Positions 9,766-21,858 are shown, counted from the stretch's first letter. The stretch is 62,472 nucleotides of DNA from Acidimicrobiia bacterium (GCA_030066875.1 JASJAS010000008.1:1-62472); one strand, 5' to 3'. Notes: generated by a model not told the origin, from the letters alone. Made by a program: numbers and translations.

Positions 9766-10956
9766 GTGACCACCGACAACTCGACATCTTCGGGATGGCG
9801 ACTTCGTGTCTACCCGCTGGCTCTGGTTGTTGTGCTCGCAGCAGCGCTGCTCTTTGCGGTACTGACCTACGACATCGATCACCCCACCAGCCGTCTCGGA
9901 GGTGACTACCCGTCGTTCTACGGCGCCGGCGCTATTGCCCGGGCTGGAGACTGGGATGAGCTGTACAGCGCTGAGCGACAATCAGTCGAACAGGAGGGAC
10001 TGATCGACGATGCAGGGGGCTACCTGTATTTTTCGTATCCTCCGTTTGTTGCAGGGGCCTATTCGGTGCTCGCCTCGCTCGCCTACCGATGGTCTTTTCT
10101 GATTCACACCATTCTCATGGCGTTCGCGCTATTCGCTGCGATCAGATTGCTGGGGCCGTGGTTGCAGCGAGCGCAATGGCCTCCGCTGGCTCTGTTTGCC
10201 CTTGCTGTGGCGTTCTACCCGTTGCTGCGGGCTATTCCGGGTGGCCAGAACACCGCGTTGAGCCTGCTTCTGCTGGCTGCGGCGATTCGCTTGGACCTCG
10301 ACGAAGCGCCGTTTCTCTCGGGCCTAGCTCTTGCCGCGCTTCTGTTCAAGCCGCAGTTCGGTGTGGTCATCGTTCCACTGCTGATTGTGGGTCGGCGGTG
10401 GCGAGTGCTAGTCGGGTGGGCGACCGGTGCGGTGATTCTCTTCGTGACGTCGACACTGCTGATGGGCGGGACCTGGCTGGCCGAATGGTGGGAGCAGGCG
10501 AGTGCCTTCCGTGAACAGAACGTTGCTGCGAACGGGGTGAACTTCGTCTCTCTTCCCGGGTTCTTCGAGAACCTCCTGGGTGCCGGGACGACGTCGGCTT
10601 TCCTCTTCGGCTATGGGCTGGCCGCGCTCTTTGGTACGGCAGTCGTCTACTACTGGTGGCAGCATCCCCAATCTCACGCGCTCGAGCGCTACGCCCTGGC
10701 CGGCGCGGCGGTAGTGCTCGCAGCTCCTCAGACCTTGTACTACGACGCCGGGATACTGCTTCTCGGTCTGGTCGCCGCCTTTGCGCTGCTACCGCGGCGA
10801 GCTGTTCTGCTTATCGCGATGATTGTGTTGTCGTGGTCACACATCGCAGCTGACGACCTGGGTTGGTCACCGCTCGGGCCGCTGTCGTGGGCGGCGGCGG
10901 CCTGGCTTGCTTGGTGGCTGACCGCCAACCGCGAAACCGAAGCTACGTCTGTGTAA
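9766..10956 (+). CDS. GT87 / DUF2029-like polyprenol-dependent glycosyltransferase
   Basis: GGDYPSFYGAG, YFSYPPFVA, GGQNTALSL, LLFKPQ, TLYYD motifs in a multi-TM protein. Confidence 0.78.
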   Translation: MTTDNSTSSGWRLRVYPLALVVVLAAALLFAVLTYDIDHPTSRLGGDYPSFYGAGAIARAGDWDELYSAERQSVEQEGLIDDAGGYLYFSYPPFVAGAYSVLASLAYRWSFLIHTILMAFALFAAIRLLGPWLQRAQWPPLALFALAVAFYPLLRAIPGGQNTALSLLLLAAAIRLDLDEAPFLSGLALAALLFKPQFGVVIVPLLIVGRRWRVLVGWATGAVILFVTSTLLMGGTWLAEWWEQASAFREQNVAANGVNFVSLPGFFENLLGAGTTSAFLFGYGLAALFGTAVVYYWWQHPQSHALERYALAGAAVVLAAPQTLYYDAGILLLGLVAAFALLPRRAVLLIAMIVLSWSHIAADDLGWSPLGPLSWAAAAWLAWWLTANRETEATSV

Positions 10957-10959
10957 TTC

Positions 10960-10981
10960 TGTCGGGGGCGCGAACTACAAT
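10960..10981 (+). promoter_or_regulatory. PafBC / RecA-NDp-type promoter of uvrA
   Basis: TGTCGG-GGGCGCGAAC-TACAAT, an exact match to TGTCGG-N10-TA-N3-T. Confidence 0.8.
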
Positions 10982-11025
10982 CGCCGTCGGTTGCGCAATT
11001 GGTCGAGGCGGAGGACGGCGCACCG

Positions 11026-13854
11026 GTGGGTAGTAACAAGATCATCGTCAAAGGTGCTCGCGAGCACAATCTGGCCAACGTCGACCTGGAGTTGCCGCGC
11101 GACCAGCTGATCGTGTTCACCGGCCTTTCCGGATCGGGCAAGTCGTCGCTTGCCTTTGACACGATCTACGCTGAAGGGCAACGCCGCTATGTCGAGAGCC
11201 TCTCTGCCTATGCCCGCCAGTTCCTCGGGCAGATGGATAAACCAGACGTCGACTTCATCGAAGGCCTATCTCCTGCCATTTCGATAGATCAGAAGACGGC
11301 CAGTCGCAATCCGCGGTCGACCGTCGGCACGGTCACTGAGATTCACGACTACCTCAGGCTGTTGTACGCCCGTATCGGAGTGCCGCATTGTCCCAACGAT
11401 GGATCGGTGGTCGCTCGGCAAACCCCGCAACAGATCGTCGATCAGATCCTCGATCTCGCTGAGGGGACCCGATTTCAGATCCTTGCCCCGGTAGTCCAAG
11501 GTCGCAAGGGCGAGTACGAGTCTCTGCTGTCGGACCTTGCGAAGGATGGCTTCAGCCGAGCCCGTATCGATGGAGAAGTGCGCGACCTCACGGACGACGT
11601 CAAGTTGGACCGCTATTTCCAGCACACCATCGAGGTGATTGTCGACCGCCTGGTTCGCAAGGAAGGAATCGACCGGCGGCTCACCGACTCGCTCGAGACG
11701 GCTCTTTCGCTGTCAGAAGGAGTCGCGCTCATCGACATCATCGATGGGCCCACTCTGACGTTCAGTCAGCACTTTGCGTGTCCGCAGTGCGGGTTCTCGT
11801 TCGAGGAACTCCAGCCGCGCAACTTCTCGTTCAACAGTCCCTACGGGGCCTGTACGGCTTGCAGCGGGATCGGGACGCGCTATCAGGTCGATGCCGAGCT
11901 GGCTATTCCCCAGACCGACAAGAGCATTGGAGAAGGCGCCATCGCACCTTGGGCCGGTCGGCACCGCATGCGGTACTTCCAGCGGCTACTCGGGTCGGTT
12001 GCCGAGGAAGAAGGCATCGATCTCGATAAGCCGTTCGCCAAGCTATCGCAGCGACACAAGGACATCTTGATCAACGGCGCCGGCGACAAGCCGTTCACTG
12101 TCACGTATCAGAACAGATTCGGGCGGCGCCGTCGCTATGAAACGACTTACGAAGGGGTAGTTCCCTGGCTGCAGCGTCGCTACAAGGATGCGGAATCCGA
12201 CGCTGCACGCGACCAGTACCGCCAGTTCATGCGCGAGGTCCCCTGTGGCGAGTGCCATGGAGGGCGGCTCAACCCAATCTCGCTTGCCGTCACTGTGGGC
12301 GGCATGGGCATCTTCGACCTGTCGTCGTTGCCGCTGCGGCGTGCGGTGAATTGGCTCGACGATATCGAGCTCTCTGAGCGTGACGCACAGATTGCCCGGC
12401 TGGTAATCAAGGAAATCAGAGCGCGGCTTTCGTTCCTCGTCGATGTCGGGCTCGACTACCTCACGCTCATGCGGTCGGCCGCCACCCTGGCAGGCGGCGA
12501 GGCACAGCGAATTCGACTCGCCACTCAGATTGGTTCTGGTCTAGTCGGTGTTCTCTACATTCTCGACGAGCCTTCTATCGGTCTCCACCAGCGCGACAAC
12601 CGGCGGCTCATCGAGACCCTGCTTCGGTTGCGCGACCTGGGTAACACGCTCATCGTGGTCGAACACGACGAGGAAACCATCCGGGTTGCGGATCACATCG
12701 TGGACATAGGGCCCGGCGCCGGAGCGCACGGAGGCAAGATCGTGGCCGCCGGGAATCTCGACACCATTACGTCCTCCGCCCAGTCCATCACCGGTGACTA
12801 TCTGGTGGGGAGAAGATCCATCGAGGTGCCGTCGGTACGACGGCTGGGCACCGGGGGTGCCATCGTCGTAGAGGGTGCCGCGGAGAACAATCTCCAGGAC
12901 ATTGCGGTCGAGTTTCCGCTTGGCAAGATGACGGTGGTGACCGGCGTATCCGGGAGCGGCAAATCGTCTTTGGTGCAGGAGATTCTCTCCAAGGGCCTGC
13001 ATCACGACTTGCATGGCTCGCACGCCTTGCCGGGCAAGCATCGAAGGATCGTCGGCGTTGACCAAGTCGACAAGGTCATCAACATCGATCAGTCGCCGAT
13101 CGGCCGGACCCCGCGATCCAACGCAGCTACCTACACCAAGGTCTTCGACCGGATCAGAGAACTCTTCGCCGCCACTCCTGATGCACGAATGCGCGGCTAC
13201 AAGCCGGGGCGGTTCTCGTTCAACGTGGCCGGCGGCCGCTGTGAAACCTGCAAAGGTGACGGCACGATTCGCATTGAGATGCACTTCCTCCCCGATGTCT
13301 ACATCCCCTGCGAGGTCTGTAGGGGGAGGAGGTATAACAGGGACACCTTGCAGATCGGTTTCAAAGGTCACTCGATTGCCGACGTGCTCGAGATGTCGGT
13401 CGAAGAAGCCCTTCACTTCTTCGAGAATCAGCCTCGCATTGCTCGAGTTCTCGAGACCTTGTTCGACGTGGGCCTTGGGTATATCCGGCTGGGTCAACCG
13501 GCGCCGACCCTCTCCGGTGGCGAAGCGCAACGCGTCAAGCTCGCATCCGAACTGGGCAAGCGATCGACCGGCAGCACCTTCTACATCCTCGACGAACCGA
13601 CTACAGGACTTCACTTCGAAGATGTGCGCAAGCTGCTTGGGGTTCTGCAACGCCTCGTCGACGCAGGCAACACCGTGGTAGTGATCGAGCACAACCTGGA
13701 TGTTGTGAAGACGGCAGACTGGATCATCGATCTAGGTCCGGAGGGTGGCGAGGACGGCGGCCGGGTCGTCGCCGCCGGAACCCCGGAGGAGATCATCGCC
13801 GTTCCGGAGTCGTACACCGGTAAGTTCCTCCGGGAGTTATTGGTATCGGCGTGA
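11026..13854 (+). CDS. uvrA: Excinuclease ABC subunit A
   Basis: [30 protein letters not shown], two ABC ATPase modules, zinc fingers, LSGGEAQR; GTG 11026 has a GGAGGA RBS (alternative TTG at 10999). Confidence 0.99.
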   Translation: MGSNKIIVKGAREHNLANVDLELPRDQLIVFTGLSGSGKSSLAFDTIYAEGQRRYVESLSAYARQFLGQMDKPDVDFIEGLSPAISIDQKTASRNPRSTVGTVTEIHDYLRLLYARIGVPHCPNDGSVVARQTPQQIVDQILDLAEGTRFQILAPVVQGRKGEYESLLSDLAKDGFSRARIDGEVRDLTDDVKLDRYFQHTIEVIVDRLVRKEGIDRRLTDSLETALSLSEGVALIDIIDGPTLTFSQHFACPQCGFSFEELQPRNFSFNSPYGACTACSGIGTRYQVDAELAIPQTDKSIGEGAIAPWAGRHRMRYFQRLLGSVAEEEGIDLDKPFAKLSQRHKDILINGAGDKPFTVTYQNRFGRRRRYETTYEGVVPWLQRRYKDAESDAARDQYRQFMREVPCGECHGGRLNPISLAVTVGGMGIFDLSSLPLRRAVNWLDDIELSERDAQIARLVIKEIRARLSFLVDVGLDYLTLMRSAATLAGGEAQRIRLATQIGSGLVGVLYILDEPSIGLHQRDNRRLIETLLRLRDLGNTLIVVEHDEETIRVADHIVDIGPGAGAHGGKIVAAGNLDTITSSAQSITGDYLVGRRSIEVPSVRRLGTGGAIVVEGAAENNLQDIAVEFPLGKMTVVTGVSGSGKSSLVQEILSKGLHHDLHGSHALPGKHRRIVGVDQVDKVINIDQSPIGRTPRSNAATYTKVFDRIRELFAATPDARMRGYKPGRFSFNVAGGRCETCKGDGTIRIEMHFLPDVYIPCEVCRGRRYNRDTLQIGFKGHSIADVLEMSVEEALHFFENQPRIARVLETLFDVGLGYIRLGQPAPTLSGGEAQRVKLASELGKRSTGSTFYILDEPTTGLHFEDVRKLLGVLQRLVDAGNTVVVIEHNLDVVKTADWIIDLGPEGGEDGGRVVAAGTPEEIIAVPESYTGKFLRELLVSA

Positions 13855-14552
13855 GCGAATCGGCGACCGACTGGCCCGACTTGACCGACTGGTGGCTCGG
13901 CGAGGTCGCTACCGACCCTATCTATGAGCTCGATGTGCTACCGCTCGTCGTTGCGCTTGCCGGCGAGGAGCGCGGGTTGACTATCGACCTCGGTTGCGGT
14001 GAGGGGCAGGTGATGCGCCGCTTGCCAGGCAACGTCGTCGGAACCGACGTGGTGCTCCCGTTGCTCAAACGGGCATCTTCAGCTGGGCCGGTCGTGCAGA
14101 GCCGGTTGCCGGATCTCGGATGGCTCAGGACCGACGCGGTCGACACGGCGCTGCTGGTGCTGGTCCTCGAACACCTCCCCGACATGAGTCTCTTGGCCGG
14201 GGTTGCCCGAGTGGTGAAATCGGGTGGCCGGCTCGTTGCCGTGATGAACCATCCAGCCTTCACCGCGGCTGATGCCGGCCCGGTGATGGATCCAAGTGAC
14301 GGCGAGATCTTCTGGCGCTGGGGCGACTACTTCACGGCTGCGCGGGTGCAGATGGAAACGGGGGCCGGACCCAGAGTCCAGTTCTTCCACCGTCCGCTTT
14401 CGACGATCCTCAACGCTGCCGCGGATGCGGGATGGATGCTCGAACGCTTCGTCGAGTGCGGGTTCAGCGCTGCCGCCATAGAAGCGCAGCCGGGCTACGC
14501 CGGGCAGGAGCAAATGCCCAGACTCCTAGCCGTCCGCTGGAGAAGGGGTTAG
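13851..14552 (+). CDS. Class I SAM-dependent methyltransferase
   Basis: IDLGCGEG motif [24 protein letters not shown]; GTGA overlap with the uvrA stop. Confidence 0.85.
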   Translation: MSESATDWPDLTDWWLGEVATDPIYELDVLPLVVALAGEERGLTIDLGCGEGQVMRRLPGNVVGTDVVLPLLKRASSAGPVVQSRLPDLGWLRTDAVDTALLVLVLEHLPDMSLLAGVARVVKSGGRLVAVMNHPAFTAADAGPVMDPSDGEIFWRWGDYFTAARVQMETGAGPRVQFFHRPLSTILNAAADAGWMLERFVECGFSAAAIEAQPGYAGQEQMPRLLAVRWRRG

Positions 14553-14644
14553 CCGCTCGACTAGCCAACCACGGGGAGTGCTCAAGATCAACACTCAAGG
14601 TGGTGGCCATCTCGACCGATGACCTCGTGTTGACCAACGGAGGA

Positions 14645-14896
14645 ATGATGGACGGTTTCTACGTCGCCTACGAATACGGGAGCGGGGCCGCATGGGCATT
14701 CGTCAAGGCTGATACGGCCGCCGCAGTCACCGCCGAGTTTCCCGAGCTGGATGTGTATGACACACCGCCGGAGTGGATGACGGTCGAAGATTTACACCAG
14801 GTGCGGGAACACGCTGTGGTCGAGCTACACGCGACCCCGAACTTGGATCACATTCTCGATGCCAGCCGCAGGATGTCGCTGGCCGCAGCTTCCTAG
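14645..14896 (+). CDS. Small acidic hypothetical protein (83 aa)
   Basis: GGAGGA RBS before ATG 14645; MMDGFYVAYEYGSGAAWAFV... has a protein-like composition; the longer track start at 14432 overlaps the previous gene. Confidence 0.6.
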   Translation: MMDGFYVAYEYGSGAAWAFVKADTAAAVTAEFPELDVYDTPPEWMTVEDLHQVREHAVVELHATPNLDHILDASRRMSLAAAS

Positions 14897-15010
14897 TAAG
14901 CCACCGCAACCGATCACCGGGTCCGATTCGGGCCCGGTGATGCGCGTCCCGAGCTCCGGTAGGTCGGGAGATCGTGTACCGAACTCGGCACGTGGCGTAC
15001 CATCGCTGCG

Positions 15011-16858
15011 GTGATGGAACGGCCGCCTGCTTCGTCGATACCTGATAGCCCCGGGGTATACCTGTTCCACGGGAGCGACGACCGCGTTCTCTACATCGGC
15101 AAAGCAAAGTCCCTCAGGAAACGGCTCGCCAACTACTTCGGTGATGACCTGCTGGCGCGCACCCGGCTGATGATCGAACAAGCTCACCGGGTCGATTGGA
15201 TCGTCACCGACGGCGAGGTCGATGCTCTCATGCTGGAGTACACGCTCGTTCAGAAACACCAGCCCCGGTTCAATATCAAGCTGCGAGATGACAAGAGCTT
15301 CCCGTATCTAGCGATTACCCGCTACCAGGAATGGCCCCGCGTGATGGTCATGCGAGGCAAACGGCGCAAGGGTGTTCAGTACTTCGGCCCGTACGCGCAC
15401 GCGTACGCCATCCGGCAAACTCGGGATCTGCTGCTCCGCACGTTCCCGATCCGTTCCTGTACCGACTCGAAGTTCAACAGCCATGCTTCCCTGGGTCGAC
15501 CCTGTCTCCTGTTCCACATCGAGCGCTGTTCCGGGCCGTGCGTTGGTGAGGTTGCTCCGGCAGAGTACGCCGCCTCCGTCGACGGCCTGGCGGCGTTCCT
15601 CGACGGAGATCGCTCGGACCTGACTGCACAGTTGCGAGCCGAGATGGCCGCCGCAGCCGATCGTCTCGAATACGAGCATGCGGCCAGGCTGCGCGATCAG
15701 CTGGCGTCCGTCGAGAAGGCGCTCCAGCGCCAGGAGTTGGTATCGGATCGTCCGGAGACGTTCGATCTCATTGCGATCGAGGAGGACGAGCTCGAGGCCG
15801 CCGTGGTGGTCTTCAACGTGACCAGGGGACGCCTCACCGGCCGCAAAGCGAGCGTTCTCGACAAGGTGGAGGATGTATCACCCGGCGAGTTGGTCGGGAT
15901 CGTGCTCCGACAGACCTACGGCGGCGACGTGCCGCCACGGCTCGTGCTGGTCAGCGAACTGCCGGTCGATCCGGGCCTATGGATCGAATGGCTGGGCAGG
16001 CTTCGTCAAACAAAGGTCGAACTTCGAGTCCCGGCAAGAGGAGCAAAACGCCGGCTGCTGGAAACGGCCGGAGCCAACGCTCGCGAGGAGTTTGCCCGGC
16101 ACCGGTTGCGACGGGCTTCCGATCACAATGCGCGCGCCAAGGCGCTGCGAAGCCTCCAGGAACACCTCGGTCTCGAAACGGCACCGCTCCGCATCGAGTG
16201 CTACGACATCTCAACCATCCAGGGCACCGACACCGTCGGGTCGATGGTGGTGTTCGAGGATGGGCTGCCCAAGAAAGCCGACTACCGCAGGTTCAGGGTC
16301 AAGTCGGTCATGGGCCAAGATGATTTCGCGGCGATGGAGGAGGTTCTGCGTAGACGCTTTGCTGCCTATGTTGCGGATCAGGACCGGCCTGTCGAAGAGA
16401 GGGGTAAGTTCGCCTACCCACCGTCTTTGATCATCATTGATGGGGGCGCCGGCCAGCTGGGTCGAGCCGTCAAGGTGCTTGATCACTTTGGGCTAGACAT
16501 ACCAGTTGCCGGGTTGGCAAAGCGACTCGAAGAGGTCTACCGGCCGGAACAGTCGGAGCCGCTGTTGATCCCGCGTGGCGAAGACGCCCTCTATCTGCTG
16601 CAAAGCGTGCGGGATGAGGCTCACCGGTTTGCGGTGACGTACCACCGCCGTCTCCGCAGCAAGCGCATGGTCGACTCGGTTCTCGACTCGGTAGCGGGGA
16701 TCGGCCCGAAACGGAAGCGCCAACTGCTGCGCAGGTTTGGCTCGCTGAAGCGCTTGCGTGACGCTACCTTCGCAGAGATCGCCGAGGTCATTCCTGAGGC
16801 AGTTGCCACCGATCTGGTAGCGGCGCTTGGAAGACCCAACGATGGGAGTCAGGAGTGA
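15011..16858 (+). CDS. uvrC: Excinuclease ABC subunit C
   Basis: GIY-YIG (GVYLF...YIGKAKSLRKR), RIECYDIS RNase H-like domain, RDEAHRFA, HhH GIGPKR. Confidence 0.99.
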   Translation: MMERPPASSIPDSPGVYLFHGSDDRVLYIGKAKSLRKRLANYFGDDLLARTRLMIEQAHRVDWIVTDGEVDALMLEYTLVQKHQPRFNIKLRDDKSFPYLAITRYQEWPRVMVMRGKRRKGVQYFGPYAHAYAIRQTRDLLLRTFPIRSCTDSKFNSHASLGRPCLLFHIERCSGPCVGEVAPAEYAASVDGLAAFLDGDRSDLTAQLRAEMAAAADRLEYEHAARLRDQLASVEKALQRQELVSDRPETFDLIAIEEDELEAAVVVFNVTRGRLTGRKASVLDKVEDVSPGELVGIVLRQTYGGDVPPRLVLVSELPVDPGLWIEWLGRLRQTKVELRVPARGAKRRLLETAGANAREEFARHRLRRASDHNARAKALRSLQEHLGLETAPLRIECYDISTIQGTDTVGSMVVFEDGLPKKADYRRFRVKSVMGQDDFAAMEEVLRRRFAAYVADQDRPVEERGKFAYPPSLIIIDGGAGQLGRAVKVLDHFGLDIPVAGLAKRLEEVYRPEQSEPLLIPRGEDALYLLQSVRDEAHRFAVTYHRRLRSKRMVDSVLDSVAGIGPKRKRQLLRRFGSLKRLRDATFAEIAEVIPEAVATDLVAALGRPNDGSQE

Positions 16859-17724
16859 GTGAATCCAGAGCTGTGATCATCACCGGAATGTCCGGCGCCG
16901 GCCGCTCGCAGGCAGCCAAGGTGATGGAGGACCTCGGCTACTTCGTCGTCGACAACCTTCCGACGGAGATGATCAAGTTCCTCGTCGACCAGATCGGCGT
17001 ACCGGAAGGCCGGCGAGAGCGTATCGCCGTGGTGGTCGATACCCGCGGCGGGGTCACTTTCGACGCGCTCGATGCTGCGTTGCGCAGCCTGCTGCAACGC
17101 AGCATTCGGACAACGGTGCTATTCATGGATGCCAGCGACGAAGCGCTCGAGCGCCGCTTCGAGGAGACCCGGCGCAGCCATCCGATTGCTGAAGGAACCT
17201 TGGCCGACCGGATCGCCACCGAGCGAGACTCCTTCGAAGAGATCCGTGGTTTGGCGGACGTCATCATCGATACCACCGAGCTCAATGTTCACGAGTTGCG
17301 CGACAAGGTGATCGAAGCCTTTGAGACGTCGGGGCATACCCGGCGGCTCCGAGTCGACGTGATCTCATTCGGGTTCAAGCGGGGAACGCCGCGAGTCGTC
17401 GATGTGCTGTTCGATGTGCGCTTTCTTCCCAACCCGCATTGGATACCGGAACTCCGGCCACTCACGGGCCACGACGACCCCGTGCGGGATCACGTCCTGC
17501 GTTCAGCGGACGCGGAGGAGTTCGTGGCGAAGGCAATGGACCTGTTGCAGTTCCTGCTGCCGCGCTATGAGGCCGAGGGCAAGGCGTATCTGACGATCGG
17601 CATCGGGTGCACCGGTGGCAAACACCGATCGGTGGCACTCGCCGATGAACTGACCCGGCTACTGCGAGAAGAGGGGTTCGACGCCAACGTGAGTCATCGC
17701 GACACTCCGGATGCGGATGAATAG
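16855..17724 (+). CDS. rapZ: RNase adapter RapZ (YvcJ-like P-loop protein)
   Basis: ITGMSGAGRS, VVDNLP, SFGFKRG, DVRFLPNPHW, IGCTGGKHRSV. Confidence 0.96.
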   Translation: MSESRAVIITGMSGAGRSQAAKVMEDLGYFVVDNLPTEMIKFLVDQIGVPEGRRERIAVVVDTRGGVTFDALDAALRSLLQRSIRTTVLFMDASDEALERRFEETRRSHPIAEGTLADRIATERDSFEEIRGLADVIIDTTELNVHELRDKVIEAFETSGHTRRLRVDVISFGFKRGTPRVVDVLFDVRFLPNPHWIPELRPLTGHDDPVRDHVLRSADAEEFVAKAMDLLQFLLPRYEAEGKAYLTIGIGCTGGKHRSVALADELTRLLREEGFDANVSHRDTPDADE

Positions 17725-18694
17725 GCCGCTGGACACGCCGCTCACTGAGGCTCTGGAGAAAGCGCTCGCTGCGGAGCGGAGCGGTCCGCATGTTGTCGCC
17801 ATCGGCGGCGGCAAGGGTCTGGCCAGCGCGCTCAGCGCCGTGTTGCGGTACGCAGGTCGAATCGACGCCATCGTGACCGTCGCGGACGATGGAGGGTCTT
17901 CGGGACGCTTGGCACCGGATCTCCAGATCCCGCCCCCCGGAGACATCCGCAAGTGTCTGATTGCGCTTACACCGGAGGATTCCATCTGGAAGCGCTTGTT
18001 TGAGTACCGGTTTCTCGGCGCCGACGTCAGTGGCCACTCGCTCGGCAACCTGCTGATCGCGTCCCTTGCCGACTTGGAGGGCGACTTTGCGAAGGCGCTG
18101 CAGGCCGCCGAGACATTGCTGGGCACCGTCGGATCGGTGATTCCGGTTTCGCCGGAACGTCTGCATATCGAGGCTACGGTCGATGGGGAGCCCGTCGACG
18201 GACAGGTAGCGCTGGCGCTCAGTCGGGGTCGGGTAGAGGAGATGAGGCTGGTTCCCGAACATGCGGTCGCCAGCCCGGAGGCTCTCGATGCGATTGCTGA
18301 TGCCGACCAGATTGTCATCGGTCCGGGCAGCCTGTACACCTCGTTGTTGGCGACTCTGCTGGTCCCCGGAATCACGGAAGCGATCAACGCGGCTCCCGCA
18401 CGTCTCGTATACGTTGCCAACCTCAGCACCCAGGACGGCGAGACGTTGGGCATGGACTGCACCGATCACTTGGATGCACTGATCGCGATGAGTGGGATGA
18501 GACCGCCCGCTGCTATCGTTGCCAACGAAGCGTCGGTGACGTTTCCGCCTCCCCTGACGCAGCTCGAGGCCGATGAGGAGGTGCTGGCAACCTATGGTGT
18601 TGACGTGGTCTTCGGCCATCTCGTGGAAATCACTTCCACAGTGCCGAGACATGATCCGGTTCGCCTCGGCGGCGTATTGGCGCGTCTCATCTGA
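17711..18694 (+). CDS. yvcK: YvcK / CuvA family (UPF0052) UDP-GlcNAc-binding protein
   Basis: VAIGGGKGL, VTVADDGGSSGRL, PPGDIR, GHSLGNL, IGPGSLYTS. Confidence 0.93.
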   Translation: MRMNRPLDTPLTEALEKALAAERSGPHVVAIGGGKGLASALSAVLRYAGRIDAIVTVADDGGSSGRLAPDLQIPPPGDIRKCLIALTPEDSIWKRLFEYRFLGADVSGHSLGNLLIASLADLEGDFAKALQAAETLLGTVGSVIPVSPERLHIEATVDGEPVDGQVALALSRGRVEEMRLVPEHAVASPEALDAIADADQIVIGPGSLYTSLLATLLVPGITEAINAAPARLVYVANLSTQDGETLGMDCTDHLDALIAMSGMRPPAAIVANEASVTFPPPLTQLEADEEVLATYGVDVVFGHLVEITSTVPRHDPVRLGGVLARLI

Positions 18695-19711
<1,017 letters not shown>

Positions 19712-19729
19712 CACGGAATCGCCAGCTAA

Positions 19730-20914
19730 ATGACGACGCTTCCAACGCTCGGCTCGCTACGCGTCGAGGGAGCCACAGTTCTGGTGCGCTCTGATCTGAA
19801 CGTGCCGCTCGACGCCGGTGAGGTTGCAGACGACTTCCGTATCGCCGCCAGTCTTCCCACCATCGAAGAGTTGCGCGGGCGTGGCGCCAAGGTAGTGGTC
19901 TGCAGCCACCTCGGCCGCCCCAAGGGTGTGGATGACTCCCTACGTCTCGACCCGGTCGCCGCTCGTCTCGCTGAACTTGGCGGGTTTCCGGTTACCAAGG
20001 TAGGTGTTGTTGCCGGGAAAGAGGCGGAGGCTGCTGTAGCCGCGGCCGATACGAGCACGGTAATCATGCTCGAGAACACCCGTTTCGAGGAGGGTGAGAA
20101 GAAGAACGACCCGGTTCTTGCCGACGCGCTGGCGCGACTGGCAGATTGCTTCGTTCTCGACGCTTTTGGGACTGCGCATCGGGCCCACGCCACCACCGTC
20201 GGGGTCGCGCAGCGGATTCCTTCGGCGGCAGGGCTCCTTCTCCAGAAGGAGGTTGATGCACTCGCAGCGCTACTCGGCGAGCCACGGCGACCGTACGTCG
20301 TGATCCTCGGCGGCGCCAAGGTTTCGGACAAGCTGGCGGTCATGGAACACCTCTTGCCCCGGGTCGACAGGATGCTGGTTGGTGGAGGCATGTGTTTCAC
20401 GCTGCTGGCTGCACAGGGGCTGGCTATAGGCAAGTCGTTGGTAGAGCAATCGATGGTGGAAGTTGTCGGCGACTTGCTCAACGGCGAACACGGACACAAG
20501 ATCCTCCTGCCGACGGACGTTGTAGTCGCAGACGAGTTTGCCGCCGATGCGAACCACCGTGTCACCGCGGCGGCCGCGATGCCCGAAGACATGATGGGGC
20601 TAGACATCGGACCGGCATCGATTGAGACGTTCCGGGATGCTATCGACGATGCCGCCAGTGTCTTCTGGAACGGCCCGATGGGTGTGTTCGAGTGGGAGGC
20701 GTTCCGCGCCGGCACCGCCGGGGTTGCAGAGGCACTCGCGGACACCGACGGTTTCACAGTCATCGGCGGTGGTGACAGCGTCGCCGCAATCCGGTTGCTG
20801 GAGCGAGAAGACCAAATCAGTCACGTTTCCAGTGGCGGCGGCGCCGGTCTCGAGCTGTTGGAAGGAAAAGAACTACCCGGAATCAAGGCTCTGGAGAGGT
20901 GGAAGGATGCGTAA
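19730..20914 (+). CDS. pgk: Phosphoglycerate kinase
   Basis: VRSDLNVP, SHLGRP, LENTRF, DAFGTAHR, GGAKVSDK, WNGPMGVFE, GGGDS. Confidence 0.99.
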   Translation: MTTLPTLGSLRVEGATVLVRSDLNVPLDAGEVADDFRIAASLPTIEELRGRGAKVVVCSHLGRPKGVDDSLRLDPVAARLAELGGFPVTKVGVVAGKEAEAAVAAADTSTVIMLENTRFEEGEKKNDPVLADALARLADCFVLDAFGTAHRAHATTVGVAQRIPSAAGLLLQKEVDALAALLGEPRRPYVVILGGAKVSDKLAVMEHLLPRVDRMLVGGGMCFTLLAAQGLAIGKSLVEQSMVEVVGDLLNGEHGHKILLPTDVVVADEFAADANHRVTAAAAMPEDMMGLDIGPASIETFRDAIDDAASVFWNGPMGVFEWEAFRAGTAGVAEALADTDGFTVIGGGDSVAAIRLLEREDQISHVSSGGGAGLELLEGKELPGIKALERWKDA

Positions 20915-21671
20915 AGATCTCATCGCGGGCAATTGGAAGATGCACTCGACCCATCTCGATGCAATCCAGATGGTGCAGAAGCTGAGCTACCGACTCGACC
21001 CCGGCGACTATGAGCGGGTCGAGGTGGTGGTGTGCCCTCCGTTCACTGCACTGCGGTCCGCACAGACGGTGATCGAGTCAGACAACCTCCAGATCGGTCT
21101 CGGTGCCCAGCACTGCTTCTATGAGGAACAGGGCGCCTACACCGGTGAGGTGTCTCCCCAGATGCTCGCCAAGTTGTCGGTCGACTATGTGATCGCCGGC
21201 CACTCGGAACGACGCCAGGTGTTCGGCGAAACGGACGAGGACGTCAACAAGAAGGTCAAGGCAATCTTTGCTGCCGGCATGACTCCGATCATGTGTTGCG
21301 GCGAAACCGAGGAAGAGCGCGAAGAGGAGATGACCGAGGCGAAAGTCGGTAGCCAGGTGCGGCTCGGCCTCCAGGGCCTGACGGCGGACCAGGTAGCCAA
21401 GCTGGTGATTGCCTACGAGCCGATCTGGGCGATTGGCACCGGGAAGACGGCGAGTGCGGATGATGCAGGCGACATGTGCACGTTCGTGAGGAACATGGTC
21501 GCCGAGCAGTTCGGCGAGGCCGCAGATTCCGTTCGAGTTCTCTACGGGGGTTCGGTCAAGCCCGGCAACATCGCGGGGCTGATGGCGAAGCGCGATATCG
21601 ATGGTGCTCTGGTCGGCGGGGCTTCACTCGATCCCGACAGCTTTGCCTCGATCGTGCGCTACTGGATGTGA
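20907..21671 (+). CDS. tpiA: Triosephosphate isomerase
   Basis: IAGNWKM, GAYTGEVS, GHSERR, AYEPIWAIGTG, LYGGSVK, LVGGASL; ATG 20907 overlaps the pgk end. Confidence 0.99.
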   Translation: MRKDLIAGNWKMHSTHLDAIQMVQKLSYRLDPGDYERVEVVVCPPFTALRSAQTVIESDNLQIGLGAQHCFYEEQGAYTGEVSPQMLAKLSVDYVIAGHSERRQVFGETDEDVNKKVKAIFAAGMTPIMCCGETEEEREEEMTEAKVGSQVRLGLQGLTADQVAKLVIAYEPIWAIGTGKTASADDAGDMCTFVRNMVAEQFGEAADSVRVLYGGSVKPGNIAGLMAKRDIDGALVGGASLDPDSFASIVRYWM

Positions 21672-21858
21672 GGCGCTGACCCGGCCTCTCTGTGCTCGGG
21701 CAGGACGCCGCCTCAGGCGCTCACGTGCGCAGCAACGACCCTAGTGTGACTAGTGCGTCGGAGCTCGGTCAAATAGTCATTGCGTATGTGCCCGGCGGAA
21801 ACCACCATTGGTTGCTACGGCACTGCAGGGGGTAGTGGCGACCGAGGCGGGGGAGACG

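Noticed and set aside
10971-10984. Possible LexA box CGAAC-TACA-ATCGC upstream of uvrA
   Set aside because: Right half does not match GTTCG; the same bases are explained by the exact PafBC motif
8162-13692. Long minus-strand ORFs 8162-9139 and 12541-13692
   Set aside because: Antisense shadows of uvrB and uvrA
14982-15003. Possible PafBC motif before uvrC
   Set aside because: A -10 TACCAT is present, but the hexamer at N10 spacing is AACTCG rather than TGTC-like
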